Part shown: positions 9,185 through 18,103 of the stretch, in pieces
Numbering within the stretch: position 1 is the first letter of the stretch
Layout of the letters: every line of letters starts with the position of its first letter
Source of the DNA: an uncultured Cytophagia bacterium
GTDB taxonomy: Bacteria > Zhuqueibacterota > Zhuqueibacteria > Thermofontimicrobiales > Thiofontviventaceae
DNA length: 64,000 nt
NCBI GenBank assembly: GCA_964498785.1
Contig: CAZCJL010000002.1
Span: 40,919 to 104,918 of the forward strand
Direction: 5' to 3'
Translations under genes and position numbers: made by a program
Notes under the pieces: generated by a model
Databases searched by the model: none
What the model was told of the DNA's origin: nothing
What the model saw: the letters and a program-made list of their open reading frames with translations, nothing else

Positions 9185-11722
9185 CTATAATTTACCGGCA
9201 AGCACCACGGTACTTTTATGGGAAACAAGCACGCCATGTGCTGAATTCAGCGCCTCAAGATAAATAATATAAATTCCCATCCGACAATCATGATTATTGT
9301 CATCTTTTCCGTCCCAAATAAACGATCCTTCACTGCCAGATGGACGATTGTTTGCGAGATGTCGTCGCAGTCGGCCGCGAGTGTCGTAAATTTTAATGTT
9401 GATTGCGGCTGTTTTTAAGGGCAGGTTGTAGTGAATAATTGTGATGTCATCGAATCCGTCATTATTCGGAGAAAATGGATTGGGCGAAGCTTTGACTGCG
9501 GCGGTTGTCGCTAATTTTTCAACATAAATACTGTTTTTTGATCCCGGCGTTCCACCCTCAATTTTCGTGCACGTGCTCCAGTTTGTTATCTGATCAGACG
9601 CTATTTCAGGATTGAATCGTTCCAAAGAATAGCCATCACCGCCTCCCATATCTTGAGAATAATTGAGATGATCGATGATATTGTTGTTTAGATCATATAA
9701 ATATACAGCGTCCGAAGTATTATTCAAAGACGGAAATTGAGATGTGATGATGACGTGCGCCGGGATGTTCGGAAAAATTTCTAACGACAGAGGAGCCTGA
9801 GCAACAATTAAAAAAGAATCCGGTTGAATTTTGAGAGAATGATTTGCAATTTCAAGCAACTTAGTCGTGTCTGAATCTGAAATTGACCACTGCTGCATGT
9901 CGATTGGCGCATCTGATCGATTAAGGAATTCTATCCATTCCGGGTGATCAGTCAACGGAGCATACATAATTTCATTGATGATGATACTTTGACTGAAAAA
10001 ACGTTTACGATATTGAGCATAAGTTGTATCATTTTCGGTGTTTTGATCCTGCTCTGTGAAAGCGATTGCATAGACATGTTGAATGCCTGGTGGTACATTC
10101 ACCCATTCAGCGGACACTGTAACCGAATCATGACGATTAAGATGATTATGATATGTTACGTTGTCATTGATTTTTTCAGAATCTTCCAAACGCGCGTTGA
10201 GATTCGCGTCATTGTAGAACGATACAGTAAAACCGTTGACCTGTTTTTTCCCGATATTGGCCACTGTTGCTGAAATGAGTACTATCTCGTCAAATTCAGG
10301 ATTTTGACTTGTGAATTTAATATCATCTATCTGCAAATCGTATTCTTTCGGAGAAATGCTGTTGTAAATTCCGGGCGTCGATCCGGATGAATCTTCACAG
10401 GGCGCCCAGTTAATACTATCAATTGAAGACCAAGCAAAATCGAACCGTTCGAGCGAAACATCCGGTTCAAAACTCCAGGTGTCATAATAAACCATACTGT
10501 CGATTGTAATATTTGTCAAATCATAAAGAACAACAGCATCAAAATCATTATTAAGCACAGACCAGTTCTTCACGTAAATATGCGGAGTTGTAAATGAATT
10601 TTCACCTTTCTCCTGGGATAAAATGAGATATTCATTTGGTTGAATTCGATTGCATTGGCCGGTAATGGTCACTTTTGTATCTGTTCGTGAATCAGAAATT
10701 TTCCAATTTATAACATCAATTGCATTGCCAGATGGATTATAAAGTTCTATCCATTCCGGCTCATTGGCATCCGGTCTGAACATGACTTCATTGATTATCA
10801 CGGAATTTTTATTGAATGGAATGATTATAGATTTAATTTCTTGATTATTAGTAATATTCATATCGTTCACAACATCAATATGCGCGATAAACAAATGAAG
10901 TCCACTTGTTAACGAATCAATATCGATCCGCCGATTTAAGGAATCACCTGACAACAGATTTTGCTGGATGTTGTTTTCCTGAAAAATGAGTTCACTGTCA
11001 GTCCCAACAGAATCCTGATCCAGGTCATTAAAAACGCTCACAGAAAAGTAAGAGACGCTATTCAAGCCAATATTTACGATATTAACACTCACAGAAAACG
11101 GCGCTCCTGCTGGAGGAGGATTCGGGTGAAAATCAAGGAGAACCGATAGATCGATGCTTAACGGTGAAACACTGTTCCAAAATCCGGGAGTTCCATGTTC
11201 ATTTTTTGAGTTTTCCCAATTATCTGAGGAGTTTGACCCTGAAAGGTCAATTTTTTCATCAGAATGGCCAGGACGATTGTCTATCGAATAGGTGTACTGT
11301 GAAATCGGATAGCCATTTATATCGAACAGTGTAATAGTTTCGGGTTCACTATTCGATAAACCCCCACTTCCGAACGTTGGTCCATCAATGGTTAAAACCA
11401 AGGCATCATCGGGAATAAGCGTGTCATAGATCGGATCATTTTCAAAATATCCCGGGTCGAGAATAACGGCAAATTGCCCCGGAGCTAAAATAATTCCTTG
11501 TTCTACTACGATAATGTTGTCAGAATCCTTGCCGTCGCTAATAGACCAGCCAGTCAGGTTGACCGATTCAGATTCAGAATAATTATAAATTTCAATAAAT
11601 TCATAATAATATTCGCTGGCAGAAGGGTCAAACATTATTTCACTTAACGATATTTGAGAGAAACAAAGATTGGTAAAGAAAAGTTGAGAAATGACGAGAG
11701 AAAAAAGGATATTGTTTTTCAT
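9185..11722 (-). CDS. Secreted protein with three lamin-tail (LTD) domains and a T9SS/gliding-type C-terminal domain
   Basis: Three LTD signatures (IMFDPSASEYYYEFIEIYN...LTGWSISD, INEVMFRPDANEPEWIELYNPSG..INWKISD, INEIMYAPLTDHPEWIEFLNRSD..QQWSISD). The C-terminal motif is PNPFSPNNDGFDD (type-B sorting/CHU_C-like). The ORF-track start at 11761 is a TTG. The first ATG is at 11722 (MKNNILFSLV..., a signal peptide). Confidence 0.75.
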   Translation of the reverse strand: MKNNILFSLVISQLFFTNLCFSQISLSEIMFDPSASEYYYEFIEIYNYSESESVNLTGWSISDGKDSDNIIVVEQGIILAPGQFAVILDPGYFENDPIYDTLIPDDALVLTIDGPTFGSGGLSNSEPETITLFDINGYPISQYTYSIDNRPGHSDEKIDLSGSNSSDNWENSKNEHGTPGFWNSVSPLSIDLSVLLDFHPNPPPAGAPFSVSVNIVNIGLNSVSYFSVSVFNDLDQDSVGTDSELIFQENNIQQNLLSGDSLNRRIDIDSLTSGLHLFIAHIDVVNDMNITNNQEIKSIIIPFNKNSVIINEVMFRPDANEPEWIELYNPSGNAIDVINWKISDSRTDTKVTITGQCNRIQPNEYLILSQEKGENSFTTPHIYVKNWSVLNNDFDAVVLYDLTNITIDSMVYYDTWSFEPDVSLERFDFAWSSIDSINWAPCEDSSGSTPGIYNSISPKEYDLQIDDIKFTSQNPEFDEIVLISATVANIGKKQVNGFTVSFYNDANLNARLEDSEKINDNVTYHNHLNRHDSVTVSAEWVNVPPGIQHVYAIAFTEQDQNTENDTTYAQYRKRFFSQSIIINEIMYAPLTDHPEWIEFLNRSDAPIDMQQWSISDSDTTKLLEIANHSLKIQPDSFLIVAQAPLSLEIFPNIPAHVIITSQFPSLNNTSDAVYLYDLNNNIIDHLNYSQDMGGGDGYSLERFNPEIASDQITNWSTCTKIEGGTPGSKNSIYVEKLATTAAVKASPNPFSPNNDGFDDITIIHYNLPLKTAAINIKIYDTRGRLRRHLANNRPSGSEGSFIWDGKDDNNHDCRMGIYIIYLEALNSAHGVLVSHKSTVVLAGKL

Positions 11723-11852
11723 AACGCGCTGAGTGATTAAAAGAATAGAATTTTTGGACAAAAACGTTATAACATCTTAGTTATTTTAGAGTTTTAAACC
11801 GGTTACTATTGGATAAGTTCCATTGTTCTGTCTTAATTTAACAATATTTATC

Positions 11853-11881
11853 TTGAAAAAAAGAAAAAAAGTTTGTATATT
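11853..11881 (+). promoter_or_regulatory. Candidate sigma-70 promoter for the tmRNA precursor (TTGAAA-17-TATATT)
   Basis: TTGAAA at 11853-11858, a 17-nt spacer and TATATT at 11876-11881. A start here would give a leader of about 40 nt, to be removed by RNase P at the mature GGGG 5' end. Confidence 0.35.
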
Positions 11882-11925
11882 TAAAAGTGAAACTTTTAGA
11901 ATGTTTGTGCATCTAAAGAATAAAT

Positions 11926-12287
11926 GGGGACGACCTTGGCTTCGACGGGGGTCAGTGGAGTCATGGATAGCATACCGAGGTCTCCTGGTACCTCGAAAAA
12001 TAACAGGAAACTACAATTAAATGCAGATAATTATGCATACGCAATGGCTGCCTAAATAGGGCAACCCGTTCCTTTCGGGCTGTGCTCATCCGGTTTGAAT
12101 GTGAACGTCGACTAATGATGAGATAGCTTTTTTTCTTGCCTGAGGAGGAAAAGCGAAATTTAATCAGGATAGCATCTGGCTGTTTTTGTTTGTTGTGATT
12201 CCAGGTGCGAAATAATGCAACAAACTAAGTATGTAGAAGTCTGTGATTTCAGGCTTTCGGACGCGGGTTCGATTCCCGCCGTCTCCA
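11926..12287 (+). ncRNA. ssrA: tmRNA (SsrA), standard one-piece form
   Basis: 5' GGGGACGACCTTGGCTTCGACGGGGG... and 3' ...GGACGCGGGTTCGATTCCCGCCGTCTCCA are the tRNA-like acceptor/T-arm halves. The internal tag reading frame is GCA GAT AAT TAT GCA TAC GCA ATG GCT GCC TAA at 12023-12055, giving ADNYAYAMAA-stop. The 3' end is followed by CTA rather than an encoded CCA. Confidence 0.92.
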
Positions 12288-12299
12288 CTAATTTACCAT

Positions 12300-12331
12300 A
12301 AGCCGCCGTAAATATCGGCGGCTTTTTTGTA
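12300..12331 (+). terminator. Rho-independent terminator after ssrA
   Basis: aagccgccg-taaatat-cggcggctt followed by TTTTTTGT. Confidence 0.65.
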
Positions 12332-12361
12332 GATATTCGAGTTAAAACAGGGAGAGATTTG

Positions 12362-13297
12362 ATGGAAAATGTTGTCATTATTGGAGGTGGAACAGCAGGG
12401 CTTTCGGCAGCAATATATACCGCCCGGGCGCAGTTAGCGCCGGTGGTGGTGAAGGGAGATACGCCAGGCGGGCAGATTACATTAACTGATGCTCTTGATA
12501 ATTATCCCGGATTTTCAGACGGAATATCCGGATTTGAATTATTTCAAAAATTGGAACAACATGCCGCACGCTTCGGAGCCAAAATTGTTGCAGACACGGT
12601 AGTGTCTGTTGATTTTTCGAAGCAACCGTTTGTTGTGAAAACACATGAAAAGACTTATGAATCTAAAACAGTCATTATTGCGACAGGATCAAATCCCCGA
12701 AAATTAAATGTCTCGGGTGAAAAAGAATTTATTGGCAAAGGTGTTTCGTATTGTGCCACATGTGATGGCTTCTTCTTTAAAGATAAAAAGGTCGTTGTCG
12801 TCGGAGGAGGAGATAGCGCAATTGATGAAGGGCTTTTTCTGACCCGTTTCGCTTCGACCGTTACAGTTGTCCATCGACGGGATCGACTGCGCGCAAATCC
12901 ATTTTTGCAAAAAAGAGCGTTCTCAAATGAAAAAATGAAATTTGTATGGGATGCTGTTGTTACCGAAGTGTCCGGTGAAAATGGCGTGACAGGTGTTCGT
13001 TTGAAGAATATTAAAACAGATGAAGAATCAATGCTGGAAACTGATGGCGTATTTATATTCATTGGCCATATTCCAAATACAAAGATTTTTGAAGGACAGG
13101 TTAAAATGGATGAAAGTAATATCATCATTACAGATCGCAGACAACAAACCAATATCGATGGGATTTATGCTGCCGGCGATGTTCAGGATTCTATTTATCG
13201 CCAGGCGATTACATCGGCCGGGACCGGCGCTATCGCCGGAATGGAGGCCGAAAAGTTCGTGGCATCTCTGGAAGGGAAATCATACCCCGGCAAATAA
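12362..13297 (+). CDS. trxB: Thioredoxin-disulfide reductase
   Basis: FAD motif GGGTAGLSAA, redox-active CATCDG and NADPH motif GGGDSA. The ATG at 12362 is preceded by SD GGGAGAG. The track's 12359 is a TTG. Confidence 0.9.
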   Translation: MENVVIIGGGTAGLSAAIYTARAQLAPVVVKGDTPGGQITLTDALDNYPGFSDGISGFELFQKLEQHAARFGAKIVADTVVSVDFSKQPFVVKTHEKTYESKTVIIATGSNPRKLNVSGEKEFIGKGVSYCATCDGFFFKDKKVVVVGGGDSAIDEGLFLTRFASTVTVVHRRDRLRANPFLQKRAFSNEKMKFVWDAVVTEVSGENGVTGVRLKNIKTDEESMLETDGVFIFIGHIPNTKIFEGQVKMDESNIIITDRRQQTNIDGIYAAGDVQDSIYRQAITSAGTGAIAGMEAEKFVASLEGKSYPGK

Positions 13298-13330
13298 TTA
13301 TAAATTTGTTTATCATGAATTTTTTAAAAG

Positions 13331-14476
13331 TTAGTGAAGCGCTTTCTGGTTTTTATGCTTACCAATCCAGAACAGCGCTTTTTTTCTAATGTGGCCATTG
13401 GGGTGGCTTTTACTTAGTTGATACAGGATACTGATTGCAGACGGATGTTGCATTTGCCCCAGAGCGAAGACAGTGAAGTTTTGTATGTCAGGATTTTTGT
13501 CCTTAAATGCAAGTTGTTTTAAAATGAGTGATGATTTTTGATTATCGATTTGACTTAAGCTAAAAATTGCCTCTTTGCGAGTGGATTTATCGTCTTCCTT
13601 GATTGCAATTGAAGATAATAAATAAAACGCTTGTGGACTATTTGATTGACTTAATGCCAGAATCGCTTTTTTGTTCAGAGTGGCACACTGAGATTTTACA
13701 ATAAATTCACTAAGAATGTAATCACTATGCTTTGTACCATAATTCCCAAGACAAAAAATTGCACTCTCTTTTATCGTGTTTTCATACGTGTTAAATAAAA
13801 CCTGATTAAGAAAGCTGTAAATTTTTTGCACGGGAGGATGAGATGATAAGCCATCGATTATTTGATTGCCCAGGATAATCTCCGAGTCTTTCTTAAATAA
13901 ATATTGCAACCAATCAATACTCTCACTTTGATTTGCTTTTCCCAACCAATAAACTGGCTTGTTGCCGAAATCAAAACGTGCGTTAAGCGGAAGTGCATAA
14001 ATTTGCATAAGCTTTGGAAGCCCGGATTCGAGGTAATAGTCCATAAAAATAAGAATTTCACTGCAATCTCCATCGTTAGCCGAATGGTACTTATTTGAAA
14101 TATCGGGTTTGTTTTGTAATGTGAAATTATCATAAACATCGTCCCTTCTAAACCCAATTCTATGGATTGCCTCATGCAACATTGGGCATTTGGGATTAAC
14201 GATTTTTTGATTTGGATAATAAAAAAAACAATCCGTTTCATTTTCTCTGCTAATGAAGTAGCTAAGCCAGATTCTTTTAATGGAGTTATCTTTTATTGAT
14301 TGCTTAAGTGCAATAGAAATTTTTTTACGAAGGGAAAAATGCGGAGTTTCTAATTTATAAACATCAGAGATGGATTGCGCATTTATGTAATTAACGGTGA
14401 TCAGGATTGAAAACCAGATGAAAATTAGTGGGGTAAAAAAAAGTTTCCCTCTGTGAATACGAGCAATCATTTTCAT
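13331..14476 (-). CDS. Secreted HEAT/PBS-lyase-type repeat protein (hypothetical)
   Basis: N-terminal signal-like hydrophobic stretch. The C-terminal half has repeated helical HEAT-like units (..KEAIFSLSQIDN.., ..IQNFTVFALGQMQHPSA.., ..GHIRKKALFWIGK..). Confidence 0.5.
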   Translation of the reverse strand: MKMIARIHRGKLFFTPLIFIWFSILITVNYINAQSISDVYKLETPHFSLRKKISIALKQSIKDNSIKRIWLSYFISRENETDCFFYYPNQKIVNPKCPMLHEAIHRIGFRRDDVYDNFTLQNKPDISNKYHSANDGDCSEILIFMDYYLESGLPKLMQIYALPLNARFDFGNKPVYWLGKANQSESIDWLQYLFKKDSEIILGNQIIDGLSSHPPVQKIYSFLNQVLFNTYENTIKESAIFCLGNYGTKHSDYILSEFIVKSQCATLNKKAILALSQSNSPQAFYLLSSIAIKEDDKSTRKEAIFSLSQIDNQKSSLILKQLAFKDKNPDIQNFTVFALGQMQHPSAISILYQLSKSHPNGHIRKKALFWIGKHKNQKALH

Positions 14477-14547
14477 AAGAAATAAAATCAGAGTATTAGG
14501 AGTTCAAATCAATCAGAAAATTTTAAGAGGGATCGCATAAATGTACT

Positions 14548-15129
14548 TTATTTTTGGGTAACGATCATTACTGCCTGTTGATCCAAATTTCGAATGTCGA
14601 ATTTACCGATCTCAATTTTTCCTTTTTCATCACTTTTAAATGTTCTATGATAATCTGGCAATTTGAAAATAATATCAGAATAGAGCCGTCTGTTTTCAGC
14701 AGAAAGATATAATGTAGTCTCGTTGGTTGAATTTGACTTTATAATCCGGATATATATTTCGTCACGATTAAGAATAATTGGTTCTTCTTTCTCATTTGAA
14801 GCCGGATTTAAAAGCACAAGTTCGCTGGTAAAGTGACGCTCTCCGGGCATTTCATCAAGCAATTGCGGCTTTAAAATGAGGCCGGAAATAGTAACATCAT
14901 CACCGTTAAGGTGTTTTATGAAGTTGATTACATGGTTTGTAACAGGTTTATGTAACTCATCAAAAAGAATGGTATAAAAAATCTTTAATTCGGAGAAAAT
15001 TTTCCTACATCGAGAACATGAATCAAGATGAACCGAAATTTTTTTCGTTTCATTTTGTTCCGAGTTTTGTTCTAAGATAAAACGCTCGATGTCGTTTAAG
15101 TCAAGGCATTCTGTATGTTTGCTATCCAT
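14548..15129 (-). CDS. Putative anti-sigma factor (zf-HC2-type zinc finger), cytoplasmic
   Basis: The N-terminus (CLDLNDIERFILEQ....HLDSCSRCRKIFSELK) matches the H-x3-C-x2-C anti-sigma zinc-finger pattern. No TM segment is evident. Confidence 0.45.
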   Translation of the reverse strand: MDSKHTECLDLNDIERFILEQNSEQNETKKISVHLDSCSRCRKIFSELKIFYTILFDELHKPVTNHVINFIKHLNGDDVTISGLILKPQLLDEMPGERHFTSELVLLNPASNEKEEPIILNRDEIYIRIIKSNSTNETTLYLSAENRRLYSDIIFKLPDYHRTFKSDEKGKIEIGKFDIRNLDQQAVMIVTQK

Positions 15130-15248
15130 AGTTCAAAAAACTTAAAATGAATATCCCTCACTCAAAAATTGCTTTATTTTTGTAACATAAGCAAATTTTG
15201 AATTGTTTGTATTTCTATATACAGACAACCCTGCTTTTTTACGTAAAA

Positions 15249-16325
15249 TCAGAGTAAATCTTTTAATTTTATTCTAAGTGATTTTTTGGTAATTTTGACA
15301 AGATATTCAAATATGGAGCGCTCTTCTTCTCGGTATGCTCGTTGAGTTAAATCGGGAATGTAGCGTTTTAGATATTTAAAATTCGATTCACATTCTTTAG
15401 CATGAGTTAAGTCATAAATAAAATCTTTGATCGCTTTAAAATAAATTTTTGCCTTGTCCTCATCAATTTTGTTTTTCATTAAATATTGATTATTAATTTT
15501 GCTTTGTACAAATTTTATGATAACTTTATTGACTTCATTGACCTCTTTAACCTGGAAATCTTGAAATGGCGATGATGTGTCAACATTCTTGGTGACCTGT
15601 TCCCTGAATTGCTGGAAAGTAACATCACGAATAATATTTGCAAGCACATCAATGGGAAGGAAATCCTGATATTCATTTGTTTTTGACACGATGGAAAGCA
15701 TTTTTCGCATCATGCCAGACACAGAATCATTCGGAGTGTATTGATCCAGGAATTGCTGGAAAAGTAGTTTGCCGGGTATTTCAGAAAGATTTCGCCGTAG
15801 TTCCTTTCTAAAATTATCATTTTCTTGTTTAATTTCCTGTAAATAAACAAATTCTCGACCCATTTCTTTAAAAGAACAAAAATTCCTGGAATTTCTGATG
15901 GCCACTCTAATATTACGTATGATTTTTGCGCCTTCGGGATCTCTTTCTCTGAAAATGCGAGAAAGTTCTTGTTTGGTTTTTTTTACGACAAGACGGCGCA
16001 GGCTCATCATTAATGTATTATCAGTGCAATTTTTAGGCGTTGCGATTATAGGCTCAAAATATCGTTTCAACTGAACAAATTCGTTATTATTATTTCGCAT
16101 AAAAAGCCCAGCGATGCAGTCCATCGCAACGTCTTCAAGATCATTTAAACCCTCCGCATTTTTGGGACGGATATTTTTCCCAATAACTTCCTGATACTTT
16201 AAATAACTAGTTGCAATTTTTTGAGAAAGATTAACAAACTCAGTTAGTTCACACGGTGAATAACTACCATTACAAATATTTTTAATCAATGTGAATACTT
16301 TTACGGATTCCATAAGACCGGTCAT
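15249..16325 (-). CDS. Hypothetical protein with weak sigma-70-family resemblance. It may be a divergent sigma-like partner of the downstream anti-sigma-like gene.
   Basis: 358-aa ORF with a clean ATG. Segment LEDVAMDCIAGLFMR resembles sigma region 2. The C-terminus ITKKSLRIKLKDLL resembles a region-4 helix. The call is weak and by eye only. Confidence 0.4.
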   Translation of the reverse strand: MTGLMESVKVFTLIKNICNGSYSPCELTEFVNLSQKIATSYLKYQEVIGKNIRPKNAEGLNDLEDVAMDCIAGLFMRNNNNEFVQLKRYFEPIIATPKNCTDNTLMMSLRRLVVKKTKQELSRIFRERDPEGAKIIRNIRVAIRNSRNFCSFKEMGREFVYLQEIKQENDNFRKELRRNLSEIPGKLLFQQFLDQYTPNDSVSGMMRKMLSIVSKTNEYQDFLPIDVLANIIRDVTFQQFREQVTKNVDTSSPFQDFQVKEVNEVNKVIIKFVQSKINNQYLMKNKIDEDKAKIYFKAIKDFIYDLTHAKECESNFKYLKRYIPDLTQRAYREEERSIFEYLVKITKKSLRIKLKDLL

Positions 16326-16552
16326 TTTAAGGTTAATAATACACAGAATTCAATATCTTTCTCCGATTGCAAATTATATACCATGATAATTAATGAAGTT
16401 AAATTAATGTTCAATAAATTAAACAAGTATTATCAATAGTTTATATATTATTAGATAATTGAGCGATTATTCTGTGGTGTGCATCTGTGAAACAGTTGTT
16501 TCAATGTAACACATCATTTTTGTATCGATTAGAGTCAATAGCAGGGAGGAAT

Positions 16553-16585
16553 AAAAAAAGCTGATAAAAACAAATTTTATCAGCT
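16553..16585 (-). terminator. Rho-independent terminator downstream of the NtrC-family regulator
   Basis: On the minus strand: agctgataaaa-tttg-ttttatcagct followed by T7. Confidence 0.6.
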
Positions 16586-16616
16586 TATTGCAGATTATGT
16601 ATGTAAAATGATGAAA

Positions 16617-17996
16617 TCATTTTACCATGGGAAGTCCATATTTTTTGGCTTTGCGGTAGATGGTTGCTCGGCCAATACCAAGTTTTTTGGCTGTCTGTGA
16701 AATATTGCCCTCACACTCGAGCAAAGCCTGCTTAAGTGCCTCTTCTTCCAGCTTTTCGATCCAACTGGAAAGTGTATTATCCGATTCGTAAAGCTTTTTT
16801 TCTCCGAGAGATTTAACAGCAGGTGGAAGGTCTTTGGGTGTTATTTCGCCATTCGTTGCCAATACAATGGCTCTTTCGATAGCATTTTCTAATTCTCGAA
16901 CGTTGCCGGGCCAATGATAAGCCATTAAAAGTTCAAGCGCATCCGGTGAAATGCCGGTTACATTTTTGTTTTCCTCTTTCGAATATTTGTCCAGAAAAAA
17001 TGCCGATAAAAGTGGTATATCTTCTTTGCGTTCTCTTAAGGGTGGTAATTTAATCGGAAAAACGGAAATTCGATAATAAAGGTCCTCCCGGAATTCGCCA
17101 TTTTTCATTGCCTCTTCTAAATTTCGGTTTGTGGCGGAAATTAATCGGACGTCAACTTTTATGAGTTCGTTGCCACCAACTCGCTCAAATTCACGTTCCT
17201 GGATAACTCGTAATACCTTTGCTTGAGTTACCGGACTCATTAATCCCACTTCATCAAGAAAGACCGTTCCATTGTTCGCTTGCTCAAATTTACCCATACG
17301 ACGACCTGTTGCTCCGGTGAAAGCGCCTTTTTCATGCCCAAAAAGTTCACTTTCGAGGAGTGATTCCGGCAGCGCAGAGCAATTTACTGCAACGAAAGGT
17401 TTATTCGCTCGTTTGCTATGATAATGAATAGCTCGCGCAATTACCTCTTTGCCAGTGCCACTTTCGCCCTGTACTAAAACAGTCACATTGCTATCGGTCA
17501 CTTTTTCAACCGATTTGAACACTTCTTGCATTACACCGCTTTGGCCAATAATATTTTTGAATACATATTTTTGTTTGAGTTCAATTCTTAGTTCATCGAT
17601 TTCTTTCTGAAGAGAGCTGTTCATTAGGGCATTTTGAACAGTGACTGGTATTCTGTCCTTGCTGAAGGGCTTTTCAACAAAATCATAAGCGCCAAGCTTC
17701 ATGGATTGGACAGCTTTTTCGATTGTCCCGACTGCTGACATCATCACAACTGGAATTCGGGGATCCTCTTCCTTTATTCGCTTTAGCGTTTCAATCCCAT
17801 CGATCCCGGGCATCTGAATGTCAAGCATAATGAGATCAGGAATATACTCTCGCAATTGCTTGAGGCATGCTTCACCGTTCGCAGTTTCTTTAATTTCATA
17901 AGACTTGAATTTTGATAAATTCGCTTTGATTAGCTTTCGAATGTTTGGATCATCATCAACTACAAGTATACTATAAACCCGTCCTGTGGTACTCAC
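16617..17996 (-). CDS. Sigma-54-dependent response regulator (NtrC/AtoC family enhancer-binding protein)
   Basis: REC domain (ILVVDDD...LDIQMPGIDG). AAA+ domain with Walker A GESGTGKE and the sigma-54 contact motif GAFTGA. C-terminal Fis-type HTH. GTG start with SD GGGAG. Confidence 0.9.
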   Translation of the reverse strand: MSTTGRVYSILVVDDDPNIRKLIKANLSKFKSYEIKETANGEACLKQLREYIPDLIMLDIQMPGIDGIETLKRIKEEDPRIPVVMMSAVGTIEKAVQSMKLGAYDFVEKPFSKDRIPVTVQNALMNSSLQKEIDELRIELKQKYVFKNIIGQSGVMQEVFKSVEKVTDSNVTVLVQGESGTGKEVIARAIHYHSKRANKPFVAVNCSALPESLLESELFGHEKGAFTGATGRRMGKFEQANNGTVFLDEVGLMSPVTQAKVLRVIQEREFERVGGNELIKVDVRLISATNRNLEEAMKNGEFREDLYYRISVFPIKLPPLRERKEDIPLLSAFFLDKYSKEENKNVTGISPDALELLMAYHWPGNVRELENAIERAIVLATNGEITPKDLPPAVKSLGEKKLYESDNTLSSWIEKLEEEALKQALLECEGNISQTAKKLGIGRATIYRKAKKYGLPMVK

Positions 17997-18103
17997 TTTT
18001 AACTCCCCACGTTTTTCAAATTACAATCAATTTTTATAATTATAGTAATTTTTTTTTACTTTATCAAGCACTTTTTGTAAGTCTTTAAAAAATATGTTTC
18101 AGT

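Noticed and set aside
11823-12378. ORF-track ORFs 11823-12020 (+) and 12160-12378 (-)
   Set aside because: Both lie inside or overlap the tmRNA gene and its terminator. They are translation artefacts of a structured RNA.
12655-13152. 165-aa antisense ORF inside trxB, plus other embedded ORFs (3239-3475, 3514-3864, 6429-6671, 40317-40838, 41717-42082, 42657-42971)
   Set aside because: They are embedded opposite or within confident CDS. They show no RBS and have compositionally biased translations.
11926-13297. Possible genomic island integrated at the ssrA 3' end
   Set aside because: No integrase follows, and no direct repeat of the tmRNA 3' end. The downstream genes are core (trxB and others).
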